Source: Candidatus Nomurabacteria bacterium
GTDB lineage: Bacteria > Patescibacteriota > Minisyncoccia > Phycocordibacterales > UBA9973
Direction of reading: 5' to 3'
Assembly: GCA_943348755.1 (NCBI GenBank)
Contig: CALQYS010000002.1
Span: 18,227 to 82,226 of the forward strand
Length of the DNA stretch: 64,000 bases
A program made the position numbers and the translations under genes. Each line of letters begins with the position of its first letter. The stretch's first letter is position 1. The notes under the pieces were generated by a model. That model ran no database searches and was not told where the DNA came from. It saw nothing but the letters and a program-made list of their open reading frames with translations. Below, piece by piece: positions 9,525 to 18,471 of the stretch.

Positions 9525-9788
9525 ATGTTAGCAACCAAGAAAAAGCAGACAATTATTAAGAAAAATCAGATTCATGACAAAGACACAGGCTCTCCAGAGG
9601 TGCAGGTGGCTGTTATTTCTGCTGCGATCGATGAATTAGCGAAGCATTTAAAGAAACATAAGAAAGATAATCATTCTCGCCGAGGTCTTATCAAGATGGT
9701 GGCTGACAGGCGTACCCATTTGAAATATTTAGAAAGAACTAACAAAGCTCGCTACAACGCTCTAATCAAGAAGATAGAGCTTGTGTAG
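9525..9788 (+). CDS. rpsO: 30S ribosomal protein S15
   Basis: DTGSPEVQVA, HLKKHKKDNHSRRGL; start placed at ATG 9525 behind TTGCGC-17-TAATAT. Confidence 0.95.
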   Translation: MLATKKKQTIIKKNQIHDKDTGSPEVQVAVISAAIDELAKHLKKHKKDNHSRRGLIKMVADRRTHLKYLERTNKARYNALIKKIELV

Positions 9789-9864
9789 AAATTTTGAAAA
9801 TCAAACTTTGCTGCGTTAGGTCATAAGGATAAGGCTCTTGCAAAGTTTGATTTTCAAAATTTCT
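9787..9864 (+). repeat. Dispersed fold-back element, copy B
   Basis: Perfect 25-bp inverted repeat (9787-9811/9840-9864) around the same 28-nt core as copy A; followed by a T-run. Confidence 0.9.
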
Positions 9865-9898
9865 TTTTTAATCTAATTTTCCGTGTTACAATCAATCT

Positions 9899-10405
9899 AT
9901 GACAGTAATAAAACATAAAGAACAAAGAGTTGGGGTTTTTATCGATACTCAAAATTTATATCACTCAGCTCGCAATTTATATCAAGCGCGAGTGAATTTC
10001 GGTGCGGTTTTGAAAGACGCGGTAGCGGGCAGGAAGCTCGTGCGCGCAGTCGCTTATGTCATTAGAACAGAAGCAGGAGACGAAAAAAACTTTTTTGAAG
10101 CCCTAGAGAAGCTTGGCATTGAAACCAAGATAAAAGATTTACAAGTATTTCACACTGGGACAAAAAAGGGGGACTGGGATGTGGGCCTCGCTGTAGATGC
10201 ATTAAAAACGGCTCCACGTTTGGACACTGTCGTGATAGTTTCCGGTGACGGTGATTTCGTTCCGCTTGTTGAATATCTACAAACTATGACCCAAGTGGAA
10301 GTGATTTCTTTTGGTAAATCCACTTCGACAAAACTACGCGAAGTTGCCGATGATTTCACTGATCTCTCCGAAAATCCTCGTAAATATTTGATGGGGTCAA
10401 AGTAA
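9899..10405 (+). CDS. NYN-domain (LabA/DUF88, PIN-like) protein
   Basis: FIDTQNL, KGDWDVGLAVD, SGDGDF.PL, L...ADDF. Confidence 0.9.
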   Translation: MTVIKHKEQRVGVFIDTQNLYHSARNLYQARVNFGAVLKDAVAGRKLVRAVAYVIRTEAGDEKNFFEALEKLGIETKIKDLQVFHTGTKKGDWDVGLAVDALKTAPRLDTVVIVSGDGDFVPLVEYLQTMTQVEVISFGKSTSTKLREVADDFTDLSENPRKYLMGSK

Positions 10406-10425
10406 AATTTAAAAAACTACTAAAC

Positions 10426-11043
10426 ATGCAAGAAGATTTTAAGTCTCAATCTCCAAAAATGGAAGCAAGAAATAACTTTGCAGTTGCTCATGCGGGCAGC
10501 ATATTTGAGACAGTAAATTGGGAAGATGGACATGGGTTAAAACTTGAAGCAGTCCGTCGTTCTCCGGGTGCTCGTCTTATGATTGAAACAGAGAAAGATG
10601 GAATGAAAGCTCTACTCATGACTCGAGAGATTCGTAGAGAAGCAAATGGCTATGACATTCGATTACCAGGAGGTAAAGTATTTGACTCTTTGAAAGATTT
10701 TCAAGAATATGAAAAGTCTAGGAAAGATATTTTACCAGTGGCTGAAGCTGCTGCGAAGAAAGAAGGCAAAGAAGAAGCTGGAATTTCTGGGGGAGAGTAT
10801 TCTCTCTTTGAAGTATCTAAAGCAGGAGCATCAGTTGAGTGGGATTTGTTTTATTTCAGAGTAGTAGGCGCAGAAATTGGAGAGCAAGAGCTTGAGAAAG
10901 GAGAGATGGGTAAAATCGAAACTATCACACTTTCTGCTAAAGAAATTTTTGAAAAACTATCGAAACGAGAAATTAAAGAAGGACGTAGTGCGGATATGCT
11001 TTGGCGGTGGTTAAACGAAAACGGTTTTATTAAATTTGCATAG
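10426..11043 (+). CDS. NUDIX-like hydrolase
   Basis: RLPGG...AAKKEGKEEAG resembles a Nudix box with an insertion. Confidence 0.6.
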   Translation: MQEDFKSQSPKMEARNNFAVAHAGSIFETVNWEDGHGLKLEAVRRSPGARLMIETEKDGMKALLMTREIRREANGYDIRLPGGKVFDSLKDFQEYEKSRKDILPVAEAAAKKEGKEEAGISGGEYSLFEVSKAGASVEWDLFYFRVVGAEIGEQELEKGEMGKIETITLSAKEIFEKLSKREIKEGRSADMLWRWLNENGFIKFA

Positions 11044-11139
11044 TATTCTCTTTAATTGTTAGACAACACCTCACAACTTCCAACTTCTTGTCTTTTAGCA
11101 TAAAAATGCTAATATATTCAATATATTACTAGTTAATCC

Positions 11140-11233
11140 GTTCGCGTCTAGACACAAAGTAGTGTTTCCCAGAAGCAATCCTGGATGAAACAAGACTGTA
11201 GTCTGGATACGAACTCTATCCCTCATCGTAGGG
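11140..11233 (+). promoter_or_regulatory. Structured 5' leader of pnp
   Basis: 75-nt irregular hairpin at 11140-11214 with G-U pairs on the sense strand; CCCT/AGGG hairpin at 11220-11233 next to the start codon. Confidence 0.6.
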
Positions 11234-11237
11234 TTTT

Positions 11238-13400
11238 ATGCAAAAAAAAGAATATAGTATTGAGATAGGTGGAAAGAATTTAACTGCTATTTTTACAGAT
11301 TTAGCTGAACAGGCCCATGGTTCGGTAATGCTCCAATACGGAGAGACTATAGTCCTCGCGACTGTCTGCATGTCTCATGACAAGCAAAATGGTTTGGGGT
11401 TTTTTAATTTGACAGTAGATTATATTGAAAAGTTTTATGCTTCGGGAAAAATTTCAGGCTCAAAGTTTGTAAAAAGGGAGGGGAAACCGAGTGAAGATGC
11501 GATACTTGCTAGCCGGGTTATCGACCGCACTCTTCGTCCACTGTTCGAACAATCTATCCGTCACGCTGTCCAGGTAATGGTCACAGTTATTTCTGTAGAT
11601 GATAATGACCCCACCATTATGGCTGTTAACGCTGCCTCACTTGCGCTCGCTGTCTCTAACATTCCTTGGAATGGTCCCATTGGTTGTGTACGCATTGGCA
11701 AGTATCCTGCCCGCAATGCTTCAGGCATAGCTGATGCAGGCGGGGACGATGAAACTTTAAAGATAAATCCTTCACAAAAACTTCGCGAAGACGATTCTCA
11801 GTATAAATTTGATTTAACTGTCTGCGGCAAAAATGGAAATATAAATATGATTGAAGCTTCGGCCCATCAGACAGCGGAAGGGGAACTGGAAGAAGCTTTA
11901 AAGAAGGCCAGTGAAGAGATCACTAAGTTAGAAAATTTCCAGAAAAAAATAGTCAAAGAAATAGGCAAAGCAAAAAGGGTTATTGAAAAAGAGACCATTG
12001 ATGGAGAGTCAATAAAATTATTCAACGAAAATATCTTGCCGAAAATGCCTGAGGCGCTTTTTGCTGGAGCAGGCAAAACAAAAATTGATGAACTGCACAC
12101 TGTTTGGAACAAAATGGTGGCCGACAAATATCCAGAAAGAGAAGATTTCACCCTTGAAGACAATTTATTTGATGATACGGAAAATGACATTTTACACAAA
12201 AAGGCAATTGAGGAAAATAAGAGACCCGATGGTAGAAAAATGGACGAGCTTCGCGATCTCTTTGCCCAAGCTGGTGGTATTTCAAAAGTTTTGCATGGAT
12301 CTGGGGTTTTTTACCGTGGTGGTACGCATGTGCTTTCGGTACTGACTCTAGGTGGTCCGGAAGACAGACACATGATCGACGGGATGCAATCTAAAGCAGA
12401 AAAAAGATTTATGCACCACTACAATTTTCCTCCCTATTCTTCGGGAGAAACTGGTCGGGCTGGGTTTACAAATCGCCGCGAGATTGGTCACGGGGCGCTC
12501 GCTGAAAAAGCCCTTGCGATGGTATTGCCACCACTTTCACAATTCCCATATACGATCCGAGTGGTTTCTGAATCCATGGCATCAAATGGTTCTACCTCCC
12601 AGGCTTCTATTTGTGCTTCGACTCTTGCCCTTATGGATGGCGGAGTGCCGATCGTGGCGCCAGTCGCAGGTATCGCGATGGGACTAATGCATGAAACTGA
12701 TAGTAAATATAAAATTCTTACTGATATCCAAGGCCCAGAAGATCATCATGGTGATATGGATTTTAAAGTTGCTGGTACAAGGACTGGTGTGACAGCAATC
12801 CAGCTCGATGTAAAAGTGGAGGGTGTTCCAATAAAAATATTAGGTGAAGCGATGATTCAAGCCAAAAATGCCAGAGTAGCTATTTTGGATAGAATTGAAA
12901 AAGAAATTTCTGCTCCACGTAAAGACATATCATTAAATGCTCCTAAAATACTTATGATTAAAATAAAACCTGACATGATCGGTATGGTCATAGGCGGCGG
13001 CGGGAAGACGATCAAAGAAATTAAAGAAAGAACCGGGGCCGAAATAAGTATTGAAGATGATGGAACAGTGTATTTCACAGGTAAAGGTGAAGCAGCCCTC
13101 AAAGCTAAAGCCATAGTGGAAGAGATGACTCATGAGTTTACTGTCGGCGAAGTCTTAAAAGGTGAAGTTGTTAAAATTGCTGACTTTGGAGCCTTTGTCC
13201 GGCTCAATGCCAACACTGACGGTATGATACATATATCTGAATTAGCCCCATTTCGTGTCGAACGAATTAGCGATATAATAAAAGAGGGGATGATAGTCCC
13301 TGTTAAGGTCATATCTGTGGATCGAGAAAGAGGCAGAATAGCCCTTTCGATCAAAGAGGCAAATAAAGATTTTTTCTCCACCAAAACTGTAAATAAATAA
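11238..13400 (+). CDS. pnp: Polyribonucleotide nucleotidyltransferase
   Basis: Two RNase PH domains (HYNFPP, RREIGHG, SNGSTS, GDMDFKVAG), KH and S1 domains. Confidence 0.97.
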   Translation: MQKKEYSIEIGGKNLTAIFTDLAEQAHGSVMLQYGETIVLATVCMSHDKQNGLGFFNLTVDYIEKFYASGKISGSKFVKREGKPSEDAILASRVIDRTLRPLFEQSIRHAVQVMVTVISVDDNDPTIMAVNAASLALAVSNIPWNGPIGCVRIGKYPARNASGIADAGGDDETLKINPSQKLREDDSQYKFDLTVCGKNGNINMIEASAHQTAEGELEEALKKASEEITKLENFQKKIVKEIGKAKRVIEKETIDGESIKLFNENILPKMPEALFAGAGKTKIDELHTVWNKMVADKYPEREDFTLEDNLFDDTENDILHKKAIEENKRPDGRKMDELRDLFAQAGGISKVLHGSGVFYRGGTHVLSVLTLGGPEDRHMIDGMQSKAEKRFMHHYNFPPYSSGETGRAGFTNRREIGHGALAEKALAMVLPPLSQFPYTIRVVSESMASNGSTSQASICASTLALMDGGVPIVAPVAGIAMGLMHETDSKYKILTDIQGPEDHHGDMDFKVAGTRTGVTAIQLDVKVEGVPIKILGEAMIQAKNARVAILDRIEKEISAPRKDISLNAPKILMIKIKPDMIGMVIGGGGKTIKEIKERTGAEISIEDDGTVYFTGKGEAALKAKAIVEEMTHEFTVGEVLKGEVVKIADFGAFVRLNANTDGMIHISELAPFRVERISDIIKEGMIVPVKVISVDRERGRIALSIKEANKDFFSTKTVNK
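11706..11744. repeat. 39-bp palindromic element inserted in frame in pnp (PARNASGIADAGG)
   Basis: CCTGCC...GGCGGG terminal pairing, inner GCA/TGC and TCAG/CTGA; exactly 13 codons in phase. Confidence 0.7.
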
Positions 13401-14251
13401 TGGATAAAGACAACAAAGCAAAAAATAAAGTTATTCAAACCTATGCGGAAGATATGGCGCATGTAATTCAGGACGATAAAGGGGGTTTAATAAAAAAGAT
13501 CATCCAAGGAGAACGAGAACATGAAATAATAAAACGAAATTTGTCTCCAGAATCAAGAAGGAACAAAACTTTCATGCTTATAGGTCTCCTCTTTATTTTA
13601 CTTAGCTCAGCCACTTTATTTTATTTCTTTTTTGGTAGAGAGGTCCCCACTGTTCCCCTAGAGCAACAATTTACTCCAATTATTTTCAATGATAAAAGTA
13701 CTTTCATCGAAGTTAAAGATTTTAAAAAAGATGAAATAATTCAAACTGTTAAAAATGAAGTTGAAAGAACAGAGGTAAAAAATACAGGGGTGGAGGGTAT
13801 ATATCTGACAGAAAATAAAAAAGTTTTTGGATTACGAAGGTTCATCAGTCTGATCAAAGCTAACTTCATGCCTGGCGACAACACTCTTTTTGTGAGTGAC
13901 AATTTTTTGCTTGGTATTTCCAATAATACGACTAAAGACTTTTTCATTATACTTAAAGTACGTTCTACTACGGATATTTTCGGTTCCTTACGTTCTTGGG
14001 AAGATAAGATGTTTTCTGATTTACACGAATTTTTCGGAGTAGGTATCTCGTCCGAAACGAAATATCTTTTAACTGCTAATTTCGTAGATGATATTATAGA
14101 AAATAAGAATGCACGCATTCTTTATGACAAAGATGGAAAAGTAGTAATGATGTACATTTTTGCTGACGAAAATTCTGTCATTATCACCGGTACTAATAAA
14201 GCAGCGCAAGAAATAATGCTTCGCCTCGCTTCCAGTCGAGTAAAGAAATAA
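13400..14251 (+). CDS. Hypothetical single-pass membrane protein
   Basis: 283-aa ORF overlapping the pnp stop by 1 nt; one TM segment at about aa 58-79. Confidence 0.8.
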   Translation: MDKDNKAKNKVIQTYAEDMAHVIQDDKGGLIKKIIQGEREHEIIKRNLSPESRRNKTFMLIGLLFILLSSATLFYFFFGREVPTVPLEQQFTPIIFNDKSTFIEVKDFKKDEIIQTVKNEVERTEVKNTGVEGIYLTENKKVFGLRRFISLIKANFMPGDNTLFVSDNFLLGISNNTTKDFFIILKVRSTTDIFGSLRSWEDKMFSDLHEFFGVGISSETKYLLTANFVDDIIENKNARILYDKDGKVVMMYIFADENSVIITGTNKAAQEIMLRLASSRVKK

Positions 14252-15316
14252 TTATTTTATCTTCTCAATCTTCTCCCAAGGGAGGTTTTCTTTGCCGAAG
14301 TGTCCATAGGTGGCGGTTTGGAGATAAATAGGATTACGGAGGCCGAGCCGCTCGATGATGGCAAGCGGACGAAAGTCAAAATTCTTGCGGACTATTTCTG
14401 AGAGGTCTTTTCCTTCTTCATTTATGGCCTCTATCATCAGCGGCTCGGCCATGCCGATAGCGTATGCCACAGACACGAGTACTTCTTTACCATAACCAGA
14501 AGCAACAAGATTTTTAGCCACAAAACGTGCCATATAAGCACCGGAACGGTCTACTTTTGTCGCATCTTTTCCAGAAAAACATCCTCCACCGTGCGGAATT
14601 ATGCCACCATAAGTGTCCACCATTATTTTTCTGCCTGTTAGGCCTGTGTCTGCTTCAAAGCCTCCAGCCACGAACTTTCCTGTGGGGTTTACTATGATCT
14701 TTACCGTTTTTCTTTCTTCTTCTGACAAGAACGGGTAAATAATTTTTTCTGTAATTTCCTTTCTTATTTCTTCGGGTTTAATATCTGGCTTATGTTGTGT
14801 GCTTATTAGGACAGTATGCAGTTTACCATCAGCATAAGTCACTTGGGTCTTGCCATCCGGACGCAGCCAAGAAATTTCCCCTGATTTTCTTGCTTCTTCA
14901 AGCCTTTTCGCAAGCTTGTGAACCAACACTACTCCTTTTGGTAAAAATTCTGGTGTTTCATCTGTAGCAAATCCGTACATGATTCCCTGATCGCCCGCTC
15001 CGCCAGTATCCACCCCAGCCGCTATATCTGGAGACTGGGTCACTATTCGAGCTGATATTTCAAGCTTATCTGTGTAACCAATTTTTTTGTAAACTTCTTG
15101 TGCGATACTAGTGTAGTCCACTTTTCCTTTTGAGGTTACTTCGCCACCTATCACTAGCTTGCCATGTCCACCAAAGGTCTCTACTGCAACTCGGCTATTC
15201 GGGTCTATCGCTAAATAAGCATCTAAAATGGCATCAGATACCTGGTCGCAGACTTTGTCTGGATGACCAGAAGTCACGCTTTCAACTGTATAATTATTGT
15301 CGTGTTTGTATAACAT
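14252..15316 (-). CDS. metK: S-adenosylmethionine synthetase
   Basis: ESVT.GHPDK, GAGDQG, GGG.FSGKD.TKVDRS. Confidence 0.97.
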   Translation of the reverse strand: MLYKHDNNYTVESVTSGHPDKVCDQVSDAILDAYLAIDPNSRVAVETFGGHGKLVIGGEVTSKGKVDYTSIAQEVYKKIGYTDKLEISARIVTQSPDIAAGVDTGGAGDQGIMYGFATDETPEFLPKGVVLVHKLAKRLEEARKSGEISWLRPDGKTQVTYADGKLHTVLISTQHKPDIKPEEIRKEITEKIIYPFLSEEERKTVKIIVNPTGKFVAGGFEADTGLTGRKIMVDTYGGIIPHGGGCFSGKDATKVDRSGAYMARFVAKNLVASGYGKEVLVSVAYAIGMAEPLMIEAINEEGKDLSEIVRKNFDFRPLAIIERLGLRNPIYLQTATYGHFGKENLPWEKIEKIK

Positions 15317-15391
15317 AGATATGTAAAAGTGATTCTAGCACAAAAAACACAATCCTTGCTATGCAGACTTAAAATGTTATTATTCACTTAT

Positions 15392-15748
15392 ATGTTGGAT
15401 AAAAAGAAAATTAAAGAGAAATTAGAAAAGGAAAGAGACACACTGCTCGAAGAACTTCGGGATATGGGCAAGCTTAATCCAGAAACGGGTGAGTGGGAAG
15501 CGATTCCAGCCGAAGCGGAATTTCCGGAAACAGATCAAAATAATATGGCTGATAGGTTTGAAGACTTCGAAGCTCGCAGTTCTATGCTGAAAACTTTAGA
15601 ACCAAGATTAAATAATATTTTAAGGGCATTAAAAAATTTAAGTAAAGAATCTTTTGGCAAATGCGAGGTGTGTAAAAAAAATATTGAAAATGATCGTCTC
15701 GAGGCCAACCCTGCAGCTCGAACTTGCAAGAAGCATTTAGAGAATTAA
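15392..15748 (+). CDS. TraR/DksA-family zinc-finger protein
   Basis: Coiled coil with D..D, FG.CEVC...I...RLEANP.A..C..H; start moved to ATG 15392. Confidence 0.85.
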   Translation: MLDKKKIKEKLEKERDTLLEELRDMGKLNPETGEWEAIPAEAEFPETDQNNMADRFEDFEARSSMLKTLEPRLNNILRALKNLSKESFGKCEVCKKNIENDRLEANPAARTCKKHLEN

Positions 15749-15754
15749 TTTTCT

Positions 15755-17323
15755 ATGAGCTTTGCTAAAGTATATTCGGCGCAAGTGCACCTTCTCTTGG
15801 GTACTATTGTGACGATCGAAGTGGATATCACTAAAGGGACACTTCATGCTTTTAGCGTGGTGGGTTTGCCAGACAAAGCCGTCGATGAATCGAGAGATAG
15901 GGTAAGCGGAGCAATAAAAAATTCTGGTTTCAAATCTCCTAAAGCTAAAAATCAAAAAATAATTGTCTCCCTCTCGCCGGCTGACTTAAAGAAGGAAGGA
16001 CCCTTTTTTGACCTAGCAATCGCGATTGCATACCTGAAAGCTTCCGGTGATATTAAATTTAATTCAGAAAAAAGGATCTTCCTGGGCGAGCTTGGGCTCG
16101 ATGGCACACTGCGCAGCATCAGGGGAGCCTTGCCCCTTGTGCAGGAGGCACAAAGAAAAGGTTTCAAAGAGATTTATTTACCAAAAGAAAATGCGGTGGA
16201 AGCAGCCTTGATAGAAGGCATTACTGTTTTCGGTGCTAGTAGTTTGAAAGAAGTTATAGAACATATTGATGAAGTCCCTACTAAACCAAAAGATGGCGGA
16301 GAAGAGAAAAGGGTGAGTAAAAAAATTGTTTTTCAGCCAAAAACTAAAATAAATTATACGCGTGAAGCAAAGATAGGAGATTTTTCTGACATACGTGGGC
16401 AGGAGGGCGCCAAACGTGGGCTCGAAATTGCCGCGGCTGGTGGGCACAACATCGCCATGTATGGACCACCCGGCACTGGAAAGACGATGCTCGCTCGAGT
16501 ATTTTCCGGTCTACTACCTGACTTGAATACAAAAGAAGTTTTAGAAATAACTGGGATTCATTCTGTAGCAGGAAATCTAAGGGGTGAGTTAATCTGTTCT
16601 CCTCCGTTTCGCGCTCCACACCATACTTCATCATACGTTTCACTCATAGGTGGTGGAACATTTCCGAAGCCTGGTGAGGTGACCTTGGCGCACCGAGGAG
16701 TTTTGTTTCTAGATGAGTTTCCCGAGTTTGAGAAACGCGTGATAGAGTCACTACGTCAACCGCTTGAAGACAACATCGTTTCTATTTCTCGCGCTCGCGG
16801 CTCGGCTATTTTTCCTTCTAATTTCATACTAGTAGCGGCGATGAATCCTTGCCCATGCGGGAATGCTGGCAGCAAGGCGAAGGCGTGTATTTGCAAGCCA
16901 TCAGACTTAGATAGATATAAAAGAAAACTCTCTGGGCCCATCATGGACAGGATTGATTTGTGGGTGTCAGTCGGCAATGTGGATTATAAAAAGCTCGGAG
17001 GCGAGGGCACCGGAGAGAGAAGCGAAAAGATAAAAGCGCGAGTTATCCGAGCACGGGAAAACCAGAAGAATAGATTTAAAAAATTAGGCAGGGAAATTTC
17101 CACCAACAGTGAAATGAATGCAAAAGATTTATCTACTATGGTGAAGTTAAAAACAAATGTGAGGAACGTGCTAGACGACAGCGCGGAACGTCTCGCTCTC
17201 TCCGCCCGTGCTTATCATCGAGTGATCAAAATAGCTCGCACTATCGCTGACCTCGAAAATTCTCCCGAAGTCGAAGCGAATCATGTTCTCGAGGCTATAC
17301 AATATCGCCCGAAGGTTGTTTAA
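15755..17323 (+). CDS. comM: ComM/YifB Mg-chelatase-like AAA+ ATPase
   Basis: VGLPD.AV.ESR.RV, GPPGTGKT, PFRAPHH, LFLDEFPEF, MNPCPCG, ARTIADL. Confidence 0.92.
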   Translation: MSFAKVYSAQVHLLLGTIVTIEVDITKGTLHAFSVVGLPDKAVDESRDRVSGAIKNSGFKSPKAKNQKIIVSLSPADLKKEGPFFDLAIAIAYLKASGDIKFNSEKRIFLGELGLDGTLRSIRGALPLVQEAQRKGFKEIYLPKENAVEAALIEGITVFGASSLKEVIEHIDEVPTKPKDGGEEKRVSKKIVFQPKTKINYTREAKIGDFSDIRGQEGAKRGLEIAAAGGHNIAMYGPPGTGKTMLARVFSGLLPDLNTKEVLEITGIHSVAGNLRGELICSPPFRAPHHTSSYVSLIGGGTFPKPGEVTLAHRGVLFLDEFPEFEKRVIESLRQPLEDNIVSISRARGSAIFPSNFILVAAMNPCPCGNAGSKAKACICKPSDLDRYKRKLSGPIMDRIDLWVSVGNVDYKKLGGEGTGERSEKIKARVIRARENQKNRFKKLGREISTNSEMNAKDLSTMVKLKTNVRNVLDDSAERLALSARAYHRVIKIARTIADLENSPEVEANHVLEAIQYRPKVV

Positions 17324-17330
17324 TATGTTC

Positions 17331-17395
17331 GAATAAAATCAAACTTTACTGCGTTAGGTCATGAGGATAAGGCTCTTGTAAAGTTTATTTTCTTC
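17331..17395 (+). repeat. Dispersed fold-back element, copy C
   Basis: GAATAAAAT-C-AAACTTTAC / GTAAAGTTT-ATTTTCTTC around core TGCGTTAGGTCATGAGGATAAGGCTCTT (one substitution vs copies A and B). Confidence 0.9.
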
Positions 17396-17431
17396 TCACA
17401 TAAATACCTATTATTTTGCTATAATAATTAT

Positions 17432-18289
17432 ATGGAAAAATTAACCATAAATTCAAAAATTATTTTAAACAATAAAACAAAAATACCAGTCATAGGGTTT
17501 GGAGTTTTTCGCATTCCGGAGGGAGAAGAAGTGGTCAATGCGGTGAAGTGGGCGCTTGAGGCGGGGTACAGACATATCGATGCGGCGATGATTTACAAGA
17601 ATGAAGAAGGAGTGGGCAAGGCTATCCGCGAGTCTGGGGTGCCGAGAGAAGAAATATTTGTCACCACAAAACTTTGGAATACGGATCAGGGTTATGACAG
17701 TGCCTTGAAAGCTATCGATGTGTCTCTCAAAAAGCTCGGGCTCTCGTATGTTGATCTATATCTAGTGCACTGGCCGACAGCGGGAGACGCATCAAAGGGC
17801 GAGAGTATAAATAAAAGAGGGGAGACATGGAGGGCGATGGAAGAAATTTATCGTTCAGGTAAGGCGAGAGCCATCGGTGTCTCTAATTACACTATTACGC
17901 ATCTAGAAGAGATGAGAAAATACGCACAAGTGCCACCAGCAGTGAACCAAGTTGAGTTCCATCCATTTTTGTATCAAGAAGAATTACTAAATTATTGCAA
18001 AAAGAATGGCATAGCATTTGAAGCCCATTCACCACTGGTGCATGGAGAGAAATTAGATAACGAAGTAATAAGCAGCATCGCCAAAAAGCACGCGAAAAGC
18101 GGTGCACAAGTCCTCCTTCGTTGGAGCCTGCAACACGGATGCATTCCGATACCTAAATCCACCCACAAAGAGCGCATCAAAGAGAACATCCGAGTATTCG
18201 ATTTCGAACTATCAGGAGAAGAAATGAAGCAGCTAAATAAGTTAAATCAAAACCTACACTTAAGGTCAGATCCGACTAATCTAAAATAG
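17432..18289 (+). CDS. Aldo/keto reductase (DkgA/YvgN-like)
   Basis: GYRHID.A.IY.NE.GVG, TTKLW, DLYLVHWP, IGVSNY, IPKS. Confidence 0.92.
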   Translation: MEKLTINSKIILNNKTKIPVIGFGVFRIPEGEEVVNAVKWALEAGYRHIDAAMIYKNEEGVGKAIRESGVPREEIFVTTKLWNTDQGYDSALKAIDVSLKKLGLSYVDLYLVHWPTAGDASKGESINKRGETWRAMEEIYRSGKARAIGVSNYTITHLEEMRKYAQVPPAVNQVEFHPFLYQEELLNYCKKNGIAFEAHSPLVHGEKLDNEVISSIAKKHAKSGAQVLLRWSLQHGCIPIPKSTHKERIKENIRVFDFELSGEEMKQLNKLNQNLHLRSDPTNLK

Positions 18290-18335
18290 TTATCCACAGT
18301 GTGTTGTTGACAGTGAACGAGCGTTCACTTATACT
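18290..18335 (+). promoter_or_regulatory. lexA-operon promoter with LexA operator and upstream DnaA box
   Basis: TTATCCACA 18290-18298; TTGACA 18307-18312, 17-nt spacer, TATACT 18330-18335; palindrome AGTGAAC-GAGC-GTTCACT 18312-18329 fills the spacer. Confidence 0.85.
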
Positions 18336-18366
18336 ATTTAGGTCGGTTATTAATAAATAAATGCGA

Positions 18367-18459
18367 GAAGAAAATAAACTTTGCCAGAGCCCGGCTGAAA
18401 AATAAATCCCTTTATTTTTCATTCCTCATGACCTAACGCAGCAAAGTTTGATTTTTTTC
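18367..18459 (-). repeat. Dispersed fold-back element, copy D (inverted, with an extra internal hairpin)
   Basis: Reverse complement reads AAAATCAAACTTTGC-TGCGTTAGGTCATGAGGA-[hairpin 18396-18421]-GGCTCT-GGCAAAGTTTATTTT. Confidence 0.88.
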
Positions 18460-18471
18460 AAGCCTAAACAT

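Noticed and set aside
11140-11214. pnp upstream hairpin as SRP RNA or a tRNA
   Set aside because: It lacks the SRP domain IV motif (CAGG...GGAA...AGCAG) and has no cloverleaf or T-loop.
16270-16325. Extra charged segment in ComM as another palindromic insert
   Set aside because: The DNA is not self-complementary; it looks like an ordinary variable linker.
18290-18298. DnaA box as oriC
   Set aside because: It is a single box with no cluster and no dnaA or dnaN nearby.
63-18459. Fold-back copies A-D as a CRISPR array or integron attC sites
   Set aside because: The copies are kilobases apart with no spacer periodicity and no cas genes. GTTAGGT fits GTTRRRY but lies in the unpaired core, has no complementary RYYYAAC, and the flanking genes are housekeeping.
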